A DNA stretch of 64,000 nt from Terriglobia bacterium (GTDB lineage Bacteria > Acidobacteriota > Polarisedimenticolia > Polarisedimenticolales > JAIQFR01), in contig CAVVHE010000004.1 of assembly GCA_963748015.1 (NCBI GenBank), positions 1,792,001 through 1,856,000 of the forward strand, read 5' to 3'. Positions 1 to 10,166 of the stretch are shown piece by piece (the stretch's first letter is position 1; each line of letters begins with the position of its first letter). The position numbers were made by a program, and so were the translations under genes. The notes under the pieces are model-generated. The model worked only from the letters and a program-made list of their open reading frames with translations, was not told where the DNA came from and searched no databases.

Positions 1-118
1 CGGATTCCGCCTGCCCGCTCGCGGTCTTCGGCCAGGAGCAGAATTTCCGCCACTTCGGACCTCCGGCGGGGAATATAGGTCCGCGGGGCGGTTTGTCACG
101 CCGGCCGAACGGGAGAAG

Positions 119-718
119 TCAGGAGGCCTTGGGAGCGGAAGGCGAGGGGCGGAGGATACCGGCCTGGACGACCCCCACGATCGCCCATCCGGCGACGGCG
201 TCCACGAGGACGGCGATCGCGTAGTCCGCCGGGTAGGAGAACCAGTTCCAGAGCATCGCGGGGCCGAGCACCCACCCGAAGATCCCCAGGCCGAGGACGA
301 AGCCGACCCTTCCGAAGTGGCTCGCGATGCGGGCGCGGGAGAGCGCCCACGCGGAAAAGAGCGTGGCGGCGAGGGCGAGGCCGAGTCCCCGCGCCATCGG
401 CCGGAACATCCGGCTCGGCGGGCGGCCGCCGGGGCGATAGGCCAGCGTCGCGACCGGCCCGCGGCTCGCGCGGCTCTCCCACTCCTCGGTGGCGGCCGCC
501 GACTGCTCCTCGGTCTTTCCCTCGTTGTCCGGTGGAGCCGGAATGACGTAAAGGCCTTCCGGAGTCTTCGCGTCGACGAGCGCCGCGACGACGCGGTCCT
601 CGGCGGCGAGCCTCCGGAGCGACGACGCGTGCAGCGGGAGGAGCGTCCACGCCACCACGCTCCAGACGAACAGGGCGACGCCGCCCGCGATACCTCCAAG
701 CAGGACCTTTCTCGTCAC
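119..718 (-). CDS. Hypothetical integral membrane protein (about 4 TM helices)
   Basis: GTG at 718 preceded by AGGGGG; product MTRKVLLGGIAGGVALFVWSVVAW... with several hydrophobic segments; GC3-rich codons. Confidence 0.7.
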   Translation of the reverse strand: MTRKVLLGGIAGGVALFVWSVVAWTLLPLHASSLRRLAAEDRVVAALVDAKTPEGLYVIPAPPDNEGKTEEQSAAATEEWESRASRGPVATLAYRPGGRPPSRMFRPMARGLGLALAATLFSAWALSRARIASHFGRVGFVLGLGIFGWVLGPAMLWNWFSYPADYAIAVLVDAVAGWAIVGVVQAGILRPSPSAPKAS

Positions 719-773
719 GACATGCCCCCTCGGCGCCCCGCAGCCACGGCGAAGCGCCCGATCGCCGCCGCCG

Positions 774-1232
774 TCACGGCGCAGCACCCGCCGGGGAGCC
801 CCGCAGCCGCAGCCAGTGCCGCCAGCTCACCCCGGACCCCAGCAAGAGCGCGACGCCGACCGCGACGTACACGAACCCCAGCACGAGCCGCGATACCGGA
901 GAGTGCCGGAGCGTGGCGCCCGCGGCGATCATCGCGGCCACGAACAGCCACGCCTGCCACGAGAAGGCGCCTCCGGCGCAGCGCCCGTCCTCCGAGGCCA
1001 GGATCCTCTCCGCATTCCGCTCCGCGCGCCGGTGCAGCACGAAGCGCTCCTTCGCCCACCCCGTGGCCGCAGCCCCGGCCAGAAAGACCGCCGCCCGCCA
1101 CGGAGGGGCCGCGAGAGACCAGTGGATGCCGGCGGCCAGCATCCCGCTCCCGGTCAGGGACCAGGCGAGCCCGGCGAGCAGGAGGCGGGTCCGCCGCGAG
1201 GAAACGGGAGTCAACCGGCGGAGTAATCCCAC
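774..1232 (-). CDS. Hypothetical membrane protein
   Basis: 152 aa ORF with four hydrophobic stretches, co-oriented with the downstream membrane gene. Confidence 0.65.
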   Translation of the reverse strand: MGLLRRLTPVSSRRTRLLLAGLAWSLTGSGMLAAGIHWSLAAPPWRAAVFLAGAAATGWAKERFVLHRRAERNAERILASEDGRCAGGAFSWQAWLFVAAMIAAGATLRHSPVSRLVLGFVYVAVGVALLLGSGVSWRHWLRLRGSPAGAAP

Positions 1233-1359
1233 GGCAGGAGAATAGCGCGAAATCCCCCGGCCGGACTACCGGCGCCCCCTCCGGCAACCGCGCATCCCGC
1301 CGGGCCACGATCTGGTAGAGTAGGACCAGCGAGGCAACCCGCGTAGAACCAACGAGGTC

Positions 1360-1815
1360 ATGATGAGCTTGATCGAGGTCTCCGTCGTCGTCGTCGTGGT
1401 CCTGGTGGCCGTCCTGGTGGGTACGGCGGTCCCCGCCCTACTGCAGCTCCGCTCGACCCTGAAGAGTCTCGACACGCTGCTGAACGAGACTCGCCCGAGG
1501 CTCAACGCGGTGCTCGATCAGGCCGCGGAGGCCACGAGCCGGGTCAACAGGGCCGCGGTGGCCCTCGAGGAGGGTATGGGCAGGGTCCGCGGCGTCCTCA
1601 ACGCCCTCGAGTCGCTCGGGACGGTTCTCGAGACGGCCCGGGACGCGGTCCGCAAGACGGTGACGGTGGCGACCAGCATCGGGCCGGCGCTCTACGCGGG
1701 CTACCGCACGTTCTTCGCTTCGAAAGACGCGGAGCCCTCTTCGGCCGCGGAGGGCGGGAGCGCCGAGGCGAGCGAGGCAAGCGGCCCGGCTTCGAAGTCC
1801 GAGGAGGCGTTATGA
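1360..1815 (+). CDS. DUF948/YtxG-like protein (N-terminal TM + coiled coil)
   Basis: N-terminal hydrophobic anchor then heptad helices; GAGG RBS; ATGA overlap with the YtxH-like gene. Confidence 0.65.
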   Translation: MMSLIEVSVVVVVVLVAVLVGTAVPALLQLRSTLKSLDTLLNETRPRLNAVLDQAAEATSRVNRAAVALEEGMGRVRGVLNALESLGTVLETARDAVRKTVTVATSIGPALYAGYRTFFASKDAEPSSAAEGGSAEASEASGPASKSEEAL

Positions 1816-2081
1816 GCGAATCCAATCGTTACAGCGGCGCGCACATCCTGATCGCGTTCCTCGCGGGCGCGGCAGCGGGCGCGGCCGTGGCTTATCTCAC
1901 CGCGCCCCGCCCGGGGCGCGAGCTTCGCGAGGACCTCAAGGGGTGGGCGGGCGACGTCCGCGAGAAGGCCGTGCGCGTGCCCCACGCGGTCCGCGCGGCG
2001 TACTCGAAGGCCAGCGAGGCGGCCAAGACGGCGTTCGTCGAGGCGCTTCACGAGGCCGAGAAGGGCGAGAAGGCCGGCTAG
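1812..2081 (+). CDS. YtxH-domain protein
   Basis: FLAGAAAGAAVAYLTAPRPGRELRE matches the YtxH pattern; GAGGAGG RBS. Confidence 0.8.
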   Translation: MSESNRYSGAHILIAFLAGAAAGAAVAYLTAPRPGRELREDLKGWAGDVREKAVRVPHAVRAAYSKASEAAKTAFVEALHEAEKGEKAG

Positions 2082-3061
2082 ACTCCGAGGGCGTCCTCGA
2101 GGAAATCGAGGACGGCTCGGGCCGCCCAGAAGCGCGGCTCGCGGGACGACCAGTAGCCGAGGTGGCCGCCGCGTCCGGGGTGCGCGAACACGAGGTTGCG
2201 CTGCGCCGCGCGCCGGTGGGGATCGAACATTCCGACCGGCACGATCGGGTCGTCGGCCGCCGACAGCACGAGGGCGGGAACGAGCACCGAGCCGAGGTAC
2301 GGGCCCGCGCTCGACGCCGCGTAGTACGCCTCGGCCGACGGGTACCCGGCGTCGGGGGCGGTGAAGAAGCGGTCGAACCGCCTCACGGTCCGGATGCGCC
2401 ACGCCGACGCCTCGGGGCCCGGTAGCGGCCGGACTTCGCGCACGCGCCGGATCTGCTCGCAGAGAAGACGCGTGAATCGCGCCTGGTAGAGCAGGTTCCC
2501 GCGTCGCTCGATCTGCCGGCAGCAGGCCTCGAGGTCCACGGGAGGATTCACCCCCGCGACCGCGTCGGCGCGGCAGCCCGCCCCGGAACGGCCCGCGTGG
2601 AGCAGCACGACGTTCCCGCCGAGCGAGAACCCCACGGCCGCGTACGGCCGCGGGAGGGACGCCGCCTCGAGGTCCTCGAGCACGCGCTCGACGTCCTCCC
2701 ACTGCCCCGCGTTGTAGAGGGTCCGGGCGAGAGCTTCCGTCCGGCCGCAGTTGCGCATGTTCATCCGGACCACGGCCCAGCCCCTCGCGAGGGCCTGTCG
2801 CGCGGTCCGGCGCATGTACGGCGAGGACGCGCTGCCCCCCATCCCGTGGACCAGCAGCAAGGTCCCCCGCGCGGGACCCGGCGGGCGGGCGACCCGCACG
2901 CGTACCGCCGTCCCCTCCGCGACCGGCACGAGACGGATCTCCTCGCGCGCCTCGATCTCCGGGGCGTCGAGGTACGACGGGACGATCGTCTGGAGGTGCC
3001 GGCCCCTGAGCCAGGGTGACGGCGAGAAGTCGTCGAGTCTCACGGGGCCGAACGCTAGCAC
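2078..3061 (-). CDS. YheT-family alpha/beta hydrolase
   Basis: HLQT, HGMGG, GFSLGG nucleophile elbow, DDP, GGHLG. Confidence 0.85.
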   Translation of the reverse strand: MLAFGPVRLDDFSPSPWLRGRHLQTIVPSYLDAPEIEAREEIRLVPVAEGTAVRVRVARPPGPARGTLLLVHGMGGSASSPYMRRTARQALARGWAVVRMNMRNCGRTEALARTLYNAGQWEDVERVLEDLEAASLPRPYAAVGFSLGGNVVLLHAGRSGAGCRADAVAGVNPPVDLEACCRQIERRGNLLYQARFTRLLCEQIRRVREVRPLPGPEASAWRIRTVRRFDRFFTAPDAGYPSAEAYYAASSAGPYLGSVLVPALVLSAADDPIVPVGMFDPHRRAAQRNLVFAHPGRGGHLGYWSSREPRFWAARAVLDFLEDALGV

Positions 3062-3117
3062 ATCCCCTCGCTTCTGGTATCTTGAGGCGCTCGTCGCGAG
3101 CCTGAGGAGACGACGCC

Positions 3118-4038
3118 TTGAAGCCTGCCGGCGAGAGGGCGGCCGTGACGGGCGCCCTCCTTCTCGTCCAGATCCTTTTCGGCCTCCACTACCTCGCCGC
3201 GAAGATCGTCGTCGGGACGATCCCGCCGCGGACGTGGGCGGTACTCCGGGTCACCGCGGCGGCGCTCGTCCTGTTGCTCGTCGCGGCCGCGCTCCGCCGT
3301 TCGCTCCGGTTCTCCCGCGCCGATCTCGGCCGCCTGGCGATCTACTCGGTCTTCGGGATCGTGATCAACCAGATCTGCTTCATCGAGGGGCTCCACCGGA
3401 CCACGCCGACCCACTCGTCCATCATCAACACGACGATACCGATCGGCACGCTGCTGTTCGCCGTCCTGCTGCGACGAGAGTCCCTCGACCTCTCCAAGTC
3501 GCTGTCCATCGCGGTGTCGCTCGCCGGCGTGCTGCTGGTGGTCCACCCGCACCAGGCGGGGTTCTCGTCGGAGACCCTGGCGGGCGACCTCCTCACCCTC
3601 GCGAACGCCATGTCGTACGCCCTGTTCCTCGTGATCTCGAGGCGCCTCCTCGCCCGGAGCGACCCTCTGGCCGCCACGGCCGTCCTGATGGGCTTCGGCG
3701 CGCTCGGCATCCTCGCCTTCGGCGCCCCGGGCCTCGCCGCTTTCCGGCCCTCCGCGATCCCCGCCTCGATCTGGGTCCTGGCGGCGCTCATCGTGGTGTT
3801 CGCCACGGTGGTGACGTACTTCCTCAACTACTGGGCCCTCGCCCGCGTCGAGTCCTCGCTCGTGGCCCTCTTCATCTACGTCCAGCCGGTGATCGCGACG
3901 GTGCTCTCCGCGATCGTCCTCGCCGAGCGCCCGGAGCCGCACGTCCTCGCCGGCGGCGCGCTCGTGTTCGCCGGCGTCTGGCTGAGCCTGAGGAAGCGTA
4001 CCCCCGCTCCCCTGCCCCTGGAGTCCGCGGAGGGCTGA
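3118..4038 (+). CDS. DMT/EamA family transporter
   Basis: About 10 TM helices in two repeats; GDLL and C-terminal YVQPV...LAE motifs. Confidence 0.85.
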   Translation: MKPAGERAAVTGALLLVQILFGLHYLAAKIVVGTIPPRTWAVLRVTAAALVLLLVAAALRRSLRFSRADLGRLAIYSVFGIVINQICFIEGLHRTTPTHSSIINTTIPIGTLLFAVLLRRESLDLSKSLSIAVSLAGVLLVVHPHQAGFSSETLAGDLLTLANAMSYALFLVISRRLLARSDPLAATAVLMGFGALGILAFGAPGLAAFRPSAIPASIWVLAALIVVFATVVTYFLNYWALARVESSLVALFIYVQPVIATVLSAIVLAERPEPHVLAGGALVFAGVWLSLRKRTPAPLPLESAEG

Positions 4039-4066
4039 CGCGCGCTGCCTTCGCCACGCCTCGAAG

Positions 4067-4258
4067 GCGGCGCCCTCCGGACCCGTGTCCGGGCGGCGAC
4101 CTCCCTCGGCGACGACCCGCATCGGCCGCGCGAAGGGTCGAGCAAGCGCGATGGCGCGGACCCTAGCGCCATCGCGCTCGACCCTTCGCGCGGCCGTGCA
4201 GGGGTCCCCGTCGCCTCGGGCATCGTCGCCGCCCGGACACGGGTCCGGAGGGCGCCGC
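4067..4258. repeat. Long hairpin element family A, copy 1
   Basis: Perfect 34 bp inverted arms 4067-4100/4225-4258 enclosing a 124 bp core shared with copies at 6670 and 31471; lies between convergent genes. Confidence 0.95.
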
Positions 4259-4282
4259 GAGGGATGCTTCGGGACGGTGGCG

Positions 4283-5455
4283 CTACGTTTCGAGGGCGAT
4301 CCGGGCGAGGACCTCGGCACCGCGAGGGAGCACGGACTCGTCGAAGTCGAAGCGAGGCGAGTGGTGGGGGGCGTGGCGGCCGCCCTCGCCGGGCCCGCCC
4401 GCGCCGAGCAGGGCGAAGGCGCCGGGGACCTCGCGCAGGAAGTAGGCGAAGTCCTCCGATGCCGCGAGCGGCGGCGACTCGATCACTCCCTCGGGGCCGA
4501 CGACGGCGCGCCCCGCCCGCCGGACCCGCTCGACCGCCGCGGGATCGTTGACCACCGGGGGATAGCCGGGGCGGATCGTGACGTCGCACCGGCAGCCGGC
4601 CGCCCGCGCGGTGCCGTCGAGGACCTGCTGCACGCGCTCGCGGAGCAGCGCGCGAACGTCCTCGCGAAACGACCGCAGCGTGCCGTGCATGCGCGCCTCG
4701 TCCGGGATCACGTTCGGCGCGCTCCCCGCGTGGAGCGAGCCGACCGTGACCACCGCGGGCTCCATCGGGTCCACCGACCGGGCGACGATCGACTGGAGCG
4801 CGACGATGCCGGCCGCCGCGGCGACGATCGGGTCCGCCGCGAGGTGGGGCTGCGCGCCGTGGCCGCCGCGGCCGGTCACGGTCGCGAGGAACTCGTCCTG
4901 CGCCGCCATGATCGGCCCGGGTCGGACGTGCAGCGTGCCGGACGGGTACGGCGTCCAGAGATGCAGGGCGAAGGCGCTCTTGGCACCCGAGAACTCGAGC
5001 ACCCCCGCCTCGATCATCGCCAGCGCGCCGCCGAGCCCTTCCTCGGCCGGCTGGAAACAGAAGGTCACGTCCTGCGGGAGCGCGTCACGCCGAGACACGA
5101 GCAGCGACGCCGCGCCGAGCAGCATCGCGACGTGCCCGTCGTGGCCGCACGCGTGCATCGCCCCCCGGACCTCGGACCCGTACTCGCGGCCCGCTTCTTC
5201 CTGGATCGGCAGCGCGTCCAGGTCGGCCCGCAGGAGGACCGGCGGTCGCGACGCGCTCTTGGCCGCGAGGCGCGCGACGACGCCGGTGCGCGCGAGCCCG
5301 GTCCGGACCTCGAAGCCCAGCGCCCGGAGCCGCTCGGCCGCGAAGGCGGCCGTCCGGTGCTCCTCGAACCCCAGCTCGGGGTGCCGGTGGAGCTCGCGCC
5401 GCCAGGCCACGATCTCCGCCGCCAGCCGGTCCGCGTCCCTTCTCAGCTCGTCCAC
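4283..5455 (-). CDS. M20D family amidohydrolase
   Basis: RRELHRHPELGFEE, RADLDALP, MHACGHDGH, QPAEE, SEDF, HHSPRFDFDE; GTG start after GGAGGG. Confidence 0.9.
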   Translation of the reverse strand: MDELRRDADRLAAEIVAWRRELHRHPELGFEEHRTAAFAAERLRALGFEVRTGLARTGVVARLAAKSASRPPVLLRADLDALPIQEEAGREYGSEVRGAMHACGHDGHVAMLLGAASLLVSRRDALPQDVTFCFQPAEEGLGGALAMIEAGVLEFSGAKSAFALHLWTPYPSGTLHVRPGPIMAAQDEFLATVTGRGGHGAQPHLAADPIVAAAAGIVALQSIVARSVDPMEPAVVTVGSLHAGSAPNVIPDEARMHGTLRSFREDVRALLRERVQQVLDGTARAAGCRCDVTIRPGYPPVVNDPAAVERVRRAGRAVVGPEGVIESPPLAASEDFAYFLREVPGAFALLGAGGPGEGGRHAPHHSPRFDFDESVLPRGAEVLARIALET

Positions 5456-5547
5456 GCGTCTGCCCTCCAGGTTCGCCCGGTCCGCATTCTCGCCCCACCG
5501 ACCGCGCGCGGGCAAGGCGCGAGCCGGAGACCGCCGCGGCCCGCCGC

Positions 5548-5553
5548 TATAAT
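5548..5553 (+). promoter_or_regulatory. Putative sigma70 -10 box for the ygfZ-like gene
   Basis: Exact TATAAT in a GC-rich divergent intergenic region. Confidence 0.45.
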
Positions 5554-5596
5554 GCCTGTCTCCCGGGAACTTCGAAGGGCAGGAGGGCGATGCGCC

Positions 5597-6655
5597 GTGG
5601 ACGCCGCGTTGAGAGCACGGTTGTCGGATCAGGGAGCGGTCTTCGAGCCGGCGTCGGGCCGGCCGCTGCACTTCGGGAACCCCGCGGAGGAGCTGCGCGC
5701 CGCGCTGGCGGATTGCGCCCTGGCCGACCGGTCGAATCTCGGCCGGGCGATCGTGCTCGGGGGCGACGCGCTCGATCTCCTCCACCGGCTCGGCACCGCG
5801 GACCTCAAGGGGCTCGGGGCCGGATGCGGGAAGCCCACCGTGCTCACCTCGCCCAAGGGCAGGATCGTCGCGCGGCTGTTCGCGCACCACCTCGGCGCGG
5901 AAGGCATCCTCCTCGTCGGCGGCCCCGGCTCGATACCCGGGGTTCGGGCGCACGTCGGCCGGTACACCTTCCGCGAGGACGTCCGGTGGACCGACGCCAC
6001 CGACTCGTGGTCGCAGCTCGCGATTCTCGGCCCGCGCTGCCGCGACGCGGTCGCCGCGGCCGGCCTCCCCGTCCCGGATCCTCACGGCGCGGCCGCGGGA
6101 ACGCTTGGCGGAGGTCCGGTGTGGGTCCTCGGCGAGGATGGATCCTCCGCCGACGGGATCTCGGTCGTCCTGCCTGCCGCGCAGGCGGCCGCGGGCTGGG
6201 AGGCGCTGTCGCGAGCGGTCGTCGAAGCCGGTGGACGCGCCGCGGGCGACGAGGCGGTCGAGGCGTGGCGCGTGCTGCGCGGCTGGCCCGCCGACGGGCA
6301 CGAGCTGACCGAGGAGCACAACCCGCTCGAGGCGGGGCTCCGCGACGCCGTCTCGTTCACGAAGGGCTGCTACGTCGGCCAAGAGGTCGTCGCGCGGCTC
6401 CAGAGCCGGGACAAGGTCGCGCGCTCGCTCGCCGGATTCGTCCTGCCGGCCGGGTCCGCCGCGCCCCCCGCGGGCACGCCGGTCCTTCTCGAGGATCGCC
6501 CCGTCGGCACGGTCACCTCCTCGCTCGTCCCTCCCGGCCGCCGCGCTCCCGTCGCGATCGCGTACTTGAAGCGCGAAGTGCCCGCAGACGCCTCGCTCCG
6601 GATCGGCGACGCCGTCGTGACCGCAGTGCCCCTCCCCTTCGGGGACACCCTCTGA
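5597..6655 (+). CDS. ygfZ: YgfZ/GcvT-like folate-binding protein
   Basis: Signature KGCYVGQE; GcvT-like N-terminus; AGGAGG RBS upstream of GTG. Confidence 0.8.
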   Translation: MDAALRARLSDQGAVFEPASGRPLHFGNPAEELRAALADCALADRSNLGRAIVLGGDALDLLHRLGTADLKGLGAGCGKPTVLTSPKGRIVARLFAHHLGAEGILLVGGPGSIPGVRAHVGRYTFREDVRWTDATDSWSQLAILGPRCRDAVAAAGLPVPDPHGAAAGTLGGGPVWVLGEDGSSADGISVVLPAAQAAAGWEALSRAVVEAGGRAAGDEAVEAWRVLRGWPADGHELTEEHNPLEAGLRDAVSFTKGCYVGQEVVARLQSRDKVARSLAGFVLPAGSAAPPAGTPVLLEDRPVGTVTSSLVPPGRRAPVAIAYLKREVPADASLRIGDAVVTAVPLPFGDTL

Positions 6656-6669
6656 TCCTCGCACGTGGA

Positions 6670-6863
6670 GACCGTCGCTCGTCCGCGGAGCACCCCGCGG
6701 CGACCTCCCTCGGCGACGACCCGCATCGGCCGCGCGAAGGGTCGAGCAAGCGCGATGGCGCGGACCCTAGCGCCATCGCGCTCGACCCTTCGCGCGGCCG
6801 TGCAGGGGTCCCCGTCGCCTCGGGCATTGTCGCCGCGGGGTGCTCCGCGGACGAGCGACGGTC
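6670..6863. repeat. Long hairpin element family A, copy 2
   Basis: Perfect 35 bp arms 6670-6704/6829-6863; core differs from copy 1 by 1 nt; lies between convergent genes. Confidence 0.95.
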
Positions 6864-6928
6864 CGCAGCCAAGAGGAGTCGCGACATCGCGCAGGTCGAA
6901 CTCCCGCGCGGACTCCCAAGTCGTACCT

Positions 6929-7864
6929 TCAGAGCAGCGCGGCGAGGTGAACCGAGACGCACTCCTCGAGCGCGTCGAGGTGGTAGCCGCCCTCGAGGAC
7001 GGAGACGATGCGCCCGCGAGCGTGCCGCTCGGCGATGCCCCGCACGATCCGCGTCGCCTCGGCGAACGCGGGTGTAGTCACCTCGAGCTGCGCGAGCGGG
7101 TCCGCCGCGTGGGGATCGAACCCGGCGGACACGAGCACGAACTCCGGTCGGAACGCGTCGGCCGCGGGGACGAGACGGTCGCGGAGCGCTCCGAGGAACT
7201 CGTCGTCCCCGGCGCCCGGCGGGATCGGGCAGTTGAGGGTCGCGCCGGCGCCCGCGAGCCTCCCGGTCTCTCGGGCCCCTCCCGTCCCCGGGTAGAGCGG
7301 GAACTGGTGCACCGAGAAGTAGAAGACGCTCGGGTCCTCCTCGAAGATGTGCTGGGTGCCGTTTCCGTGGTGGACGTCCCAGTCCACGACCAGGACGCGC
7401 GCGATCCCCTCCTCGGCCCGGAGCGCGGCCGGCCGCGACCGCCACGTTGTTGAAGAGACAGAAGCCCATCGCGCGGTCCCTCTCGGCGTGGTGGCCGGGA
7501 GGCCGCACGGCCGCGAAGCCGGCCCGGAGCCATCGCGCGCGACCTCGCGGCAGAGCGCCGCGGTCGTCCCGGCGGCGACGCGCGCGATCTCGGCGCTCTC
7601 CTTCCCGACCGCGGTGTCGGCGTCGAGCGTCCGCACGCCGTTCGCGCAGGCTCGTTCGACCGATCGCACGTGGTCGAGGTCGTGGACCCGGCCCAGCGCC
7701 GCGTCCGAGGCCCGCTCGAGCGGGATCCGGACGCAGCGGGCGGCGAGGCCCCCCTCCTCGAGGGCGGCCCGGATGCGCTCGAGACGCGCAGGACTCTCCG
7801 CGTGGTACGGGCCGGTGTCGTGCTCCTCGAACCGCCGATCCAGCACCAATCCGACGTCGGGCAT
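6929..7864 (-). CDS. Histone deacetylase-family (AcuC/APAH-like) Zn deacetylase, with two compensating frameshifts near 7430-7535
   Basis: [15 protein letters not shown]...GFCLFNNVA (in an alternate frame), [21 protein letters not shown]. Confidence 0.85.
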   Translation of the reverse strand: MPDVGLVLDRRFEEHDTGPYHAESPARLERIRAALEEGGLAARCVRIPLERASDAALGRVHDLDHVRSVERACANGVRTLDADTAVGKESAEIARVAAGTTAALCREVARDGSGPASRPCGLPATTPRGTARWASVSSTTWRSRPAALRAEEGIARVLVVDWDVHHGNGTQHIFEEDPSVFYFSVHQFPLYPGTGGARETGRLAGAGATLNCPIPPGAGDDEFLGALRDRLVPAADAFRPEFVLVSAGFDPHAADPLAQLEVTTPAFAEATRIVRGIAERHARGRIVSVLEGGYHLDALEECVSVHLAALL

Positions 7865-7885
7865 CCGAGCCTCCCTCCCGCGCCC

Positions 7886-8054
7886 CGCGTCGGACGCCCG
7901 CCGTCGAGTTCGAGCCCGTGCGGCCCTGTTTTCGCGAGGCCGTCTCTTCCATGGACGGCCTCGCGAAAACCGGAGCAAGGCGGCGCGGCGACTTGCGCCG
8001 CGCAACGCCGCAGCGTGCCGCACGGGCCGAACTCGACGGCGGGCGTCCGACGCG
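7886..8054. repeat. Branched palindromic intergenic element
   Basis: 27 bp perfect arms 7886-7912/8028-8054, plus 11 bp 7914-7924/8017-8027, enclosing a 17 bp hairpin 7928-7970 and a second small hairpin. Confidence 0.85.
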
Positions 8055-8131
8055 AGCCTCCGGCTGGAGTTTGGATCATACGACCTTGGCGGTTCTGCCG
8101 CGACGGGTGTAGCTTCGAGACGGAGGTCCCG

Positions 8132-8359
8132 ATGCTCGAAGACCCCCGGGAGCACGACGATCCCGCAGAGGCGCTGCGGAGGCACGCCGACCGCGTCGCC
8201 TCGATGATCGTCACGTCCTCCTGCTCCGACCTCGAGTGCGCGCTCGCGGAACGGGAGCTGCGAATGGAGTGCCTCGTCGTCCTCCCGGACCGGATGGAAG
8301 TCTTCGACCGGATCTACGCGGCGCGCTTCCGCAGGCTTCGCGAGCAATTCCGCGGATGA
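8132..8359 (+). CDS. Small hypothetical helical protein (75 aa)
   Basis: GGAGGT RBS, ATG, typical codon usage; ends with the motif FDRIYAARFRRLREQFR. Confidence 0.65.
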   Translation: MLEDPREHDDPAEALRRHADRVASMIVTSSCSDLECALAERELRMECLVVLPDRMEVFDRIYAARFRRLREQFRG

Positions 8360-8402
8360 CCCTTCCCGCGGGCGCTCACCCGGTGTAGCGTCGGGGCGCG
8401 CG

Positions 8403-9320
8403 ATGAGCCGACCCGTCCATCCCCGTGCCTTCCTGATGTCCGCGGACACCCCGGCCCTGGCGAAGGTGATCGAGCAGGCGCTCCGCGAGGCGGGGATCCC
8501 GTTCGAGACGGGCGTGCAGGCGGATCCCGCGCCGCGCGTCGTCTTCACGGTGCGGGAGGCGGACGCGGAGGCCGCGCAGGCCGTCGTCTCGCAGTTCTTC
8601 GGAACGGGCCCGCTCGCCGCTGAAGAGGCCCTCGCCGCGGAGCCGCCCGAGCCGGCCGCCGCCGCGTTCCCACGACGGGCCGTGGCCGCCGTCGCGAGCG
8701 TCGTGATCGCCCACCTGGCGATCGTGGCGCTGCTCGTGGGCCGCGATCCCGAAGCGGGCCGCCTCGTGTCGGCCGGAGGCCTCGTATCGGGTGCGCCGCC
8801 CGGCGAGCTGTGGAGGCTCCTGACCTCGCTGTTCATCCACGCCGATCCCCGGCACGCCCTGTGGAACGGGCTCTCGATGCTCGTCTTCGCGGTCCCGCTG
8901 ATCGAGCGCGCCGGGTGGGTCAGGACCGTCGCGGTCTACCTCGCGGGCGGCCTCCTCGGCGGCGTCGCGGCGCTCGCGACCTCGGAGCCCGGGACGGTGA
9001 CGATCGGCTCGTCGGGCGCCGTCGCCGGTCTGTTCGGGTACTGGGTCGCCTCGACGATCCGGCGAGCGCGGCGCGCGCCGCTCCCCCGCCGCGGCGTTCT
9101 GCTCGCCGTCGGGATCGGCTTCCTCGTCCTGCCGTCGCTCCTCACGCCGACCACGGTCGGCGGCGACAGGATCAGCGTCGCCGCGCACCTCGGCGGCCTC
9201 GTGGCGGGACTCCTGTGCGGGGCGGCGATGCAGCGCGGAGGGCGAGGAGGAGGAAGCGTCAGCGCGGGCGGGACGGACCCTGCGGACGCACCGTTTCGAG
9301 GCCCGTCGTCCCGCTCGTGA
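8403..9320 (+). CDS. Rhomboid intramembrane serine protease with a small soluble N-terminal domain
   Basis: WRLLTSLFIHADPRHALWN, GSSG catalytic Ser, AHLGG catalytic His. Confidence 0.88.
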   Translation: MSRPVHPRAFLMSADTPALAKVIEQALREAGIPFETGVQADPAPRVVFTVREADAEAAQAVVSQFFGTGPLAAEEALAAEPPEPAAAAFPRRAVAAVASVVIAHLAIVALLVGRDPEAGRLVSAGGLVSGAPPGELWRLLTSLFIHADPRHALWNGLSMLVFAVPLIERAGWVRTVAVYLAGGLLGGVAALATSEPGTVTIGSSGAVAGLFGYWVASTIRRARRAPLPRRGVLLAVGIGFLVLPSLLTPTTVGGDRISVAAHLGGLVAGLLCGAAMQRGGRGGGSVSAGGTDPADAPFRGPSSRS

Positions 9321-10023
9321 CCTTGACGCCCGCCGGGATCTCGATGTTGTAGAGCCCCGCGGCCAGATCGGGGTTCACCTGCAGGTCCCGGAACTGGATC
9401 ACCCGGACGTAGCCGTCCTTGCCGCCGAGCTCGATCTTCACGGGGAGGTACGTCGCGGCGTTCACCCAGAAGCGGACCTGCTCGATGTGCTTTCGCACCC
9501 TGCGCTTCTTCGGCTCGAGGACCAGCAGCTTCGTCCCGGCGTCCTCGGGCCCCGGATTCCCCGACCGGATGTTGTAGAAGTTGCCGAGCTCCGCCGAGGT
9601 CTGGCCGAGTCCGAAGATCCGGAAGATCCTCTCGCTCCAGCGGTGCACGTCGCTCTTCTCCGCGCGCTTCCGCTGCGGGAAGTAGCCGACGTACTCGTCG
9701 TTGGCGATCGCGAAGCGCATCACCTCGGGCTCGGCGTACTCCCACAGGACGGAGGAGGGCTTCGTCAGGTAGAAGCGCCCCTTCGCCTGGATCGGCTCCT
9801 TGAGGAGCTGGCTCGTCGTCGTCTCGACGAATTCCGCGGAGAGCGTCCGGATCGTCGACTGTACCCGGTCGAAGCCCGCGAGCGTCTCCCGGAGCGCCGG
9901 ATCCGCGGCGCCGGCCGCCGGGACCGCATCCTTGCCGGCCGCGGCGGCCGCGGCTCCGCCGAGGGCGGCCGCGAGCGCGATTCCCGCGGCGAGAAGGGCT
10001 CGGCGGCTTCGGGGAATCGACAT
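9259..10023 (-). CDS. lolA: LolA-like outer-membrane lipoprotein carrier
   Basis: Signal peptide; TLSAEF, GRFYLTKPSSVLWEY.EP, C-terminal F.DLQVNPDL pattern. Confidence 0.7.
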   Translation of the reverse strand: MSIPRSRRALLAAGIALAAALGGAAAAAAGKDAVPAAGAADPALRETLAGFDRVQSTIRTLSAEFVETTTSQLLKEPIQAKGRFYLTKPSSVLWEYAEPEVMRFAIANDEYVGYFPQRKRAEKSDVHRWSERIFRIFGLGQTSAELGNFYNIRSGNPGPEDAGTKLLVLEPKKRRVRKHIEQVRFWVNAATYLPVKIELGGKDGYVRVIQFRDLQVNPDLAAGLYNIEIPAGVKVTSGTTGLETVRPQGPSRPR

Positions 10024-10130
10024 GGAGAGGTCCTCTGCCCCTTGCTCGGGTGACAACCGGCGAGATTAGCAGCCGTGCCGGGTAGCGTCAAGGCAAGCGG
10101 GAGCCTCGGGCCGCGCGGCGCGCCGCGGTC

Positions 10131-10136
10131 TATAAT
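10131..10136 (+). promoter_or_regulatory. Putative -10 box
   Basis: Exact TATAAT about 30 bp upstream of the ATG at 10167. Confidence 0.45.
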
Positions 10137-10166
10137 TCGCGTTCGCGTCATTCGCTGGAGAAACCG

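Noticed and set aside
4085..4260. The same peptide ([25 protein letters not shown]) recurring in ORFs starting at 4085, 6665 and 31669
   Set aside because: It is just the translation of the intergenic hairpin repeat; there is no RBS or coding context
4067..6863. Copies 1 and 2 as ends of a composite transposon carrying the amidohydrolase and ygfZ, or as CRISPR repeats
   Set aside because: No transposase, target duplication or cas gene; the cargo is housekeeping; the repeats are too long and not regularly spaced
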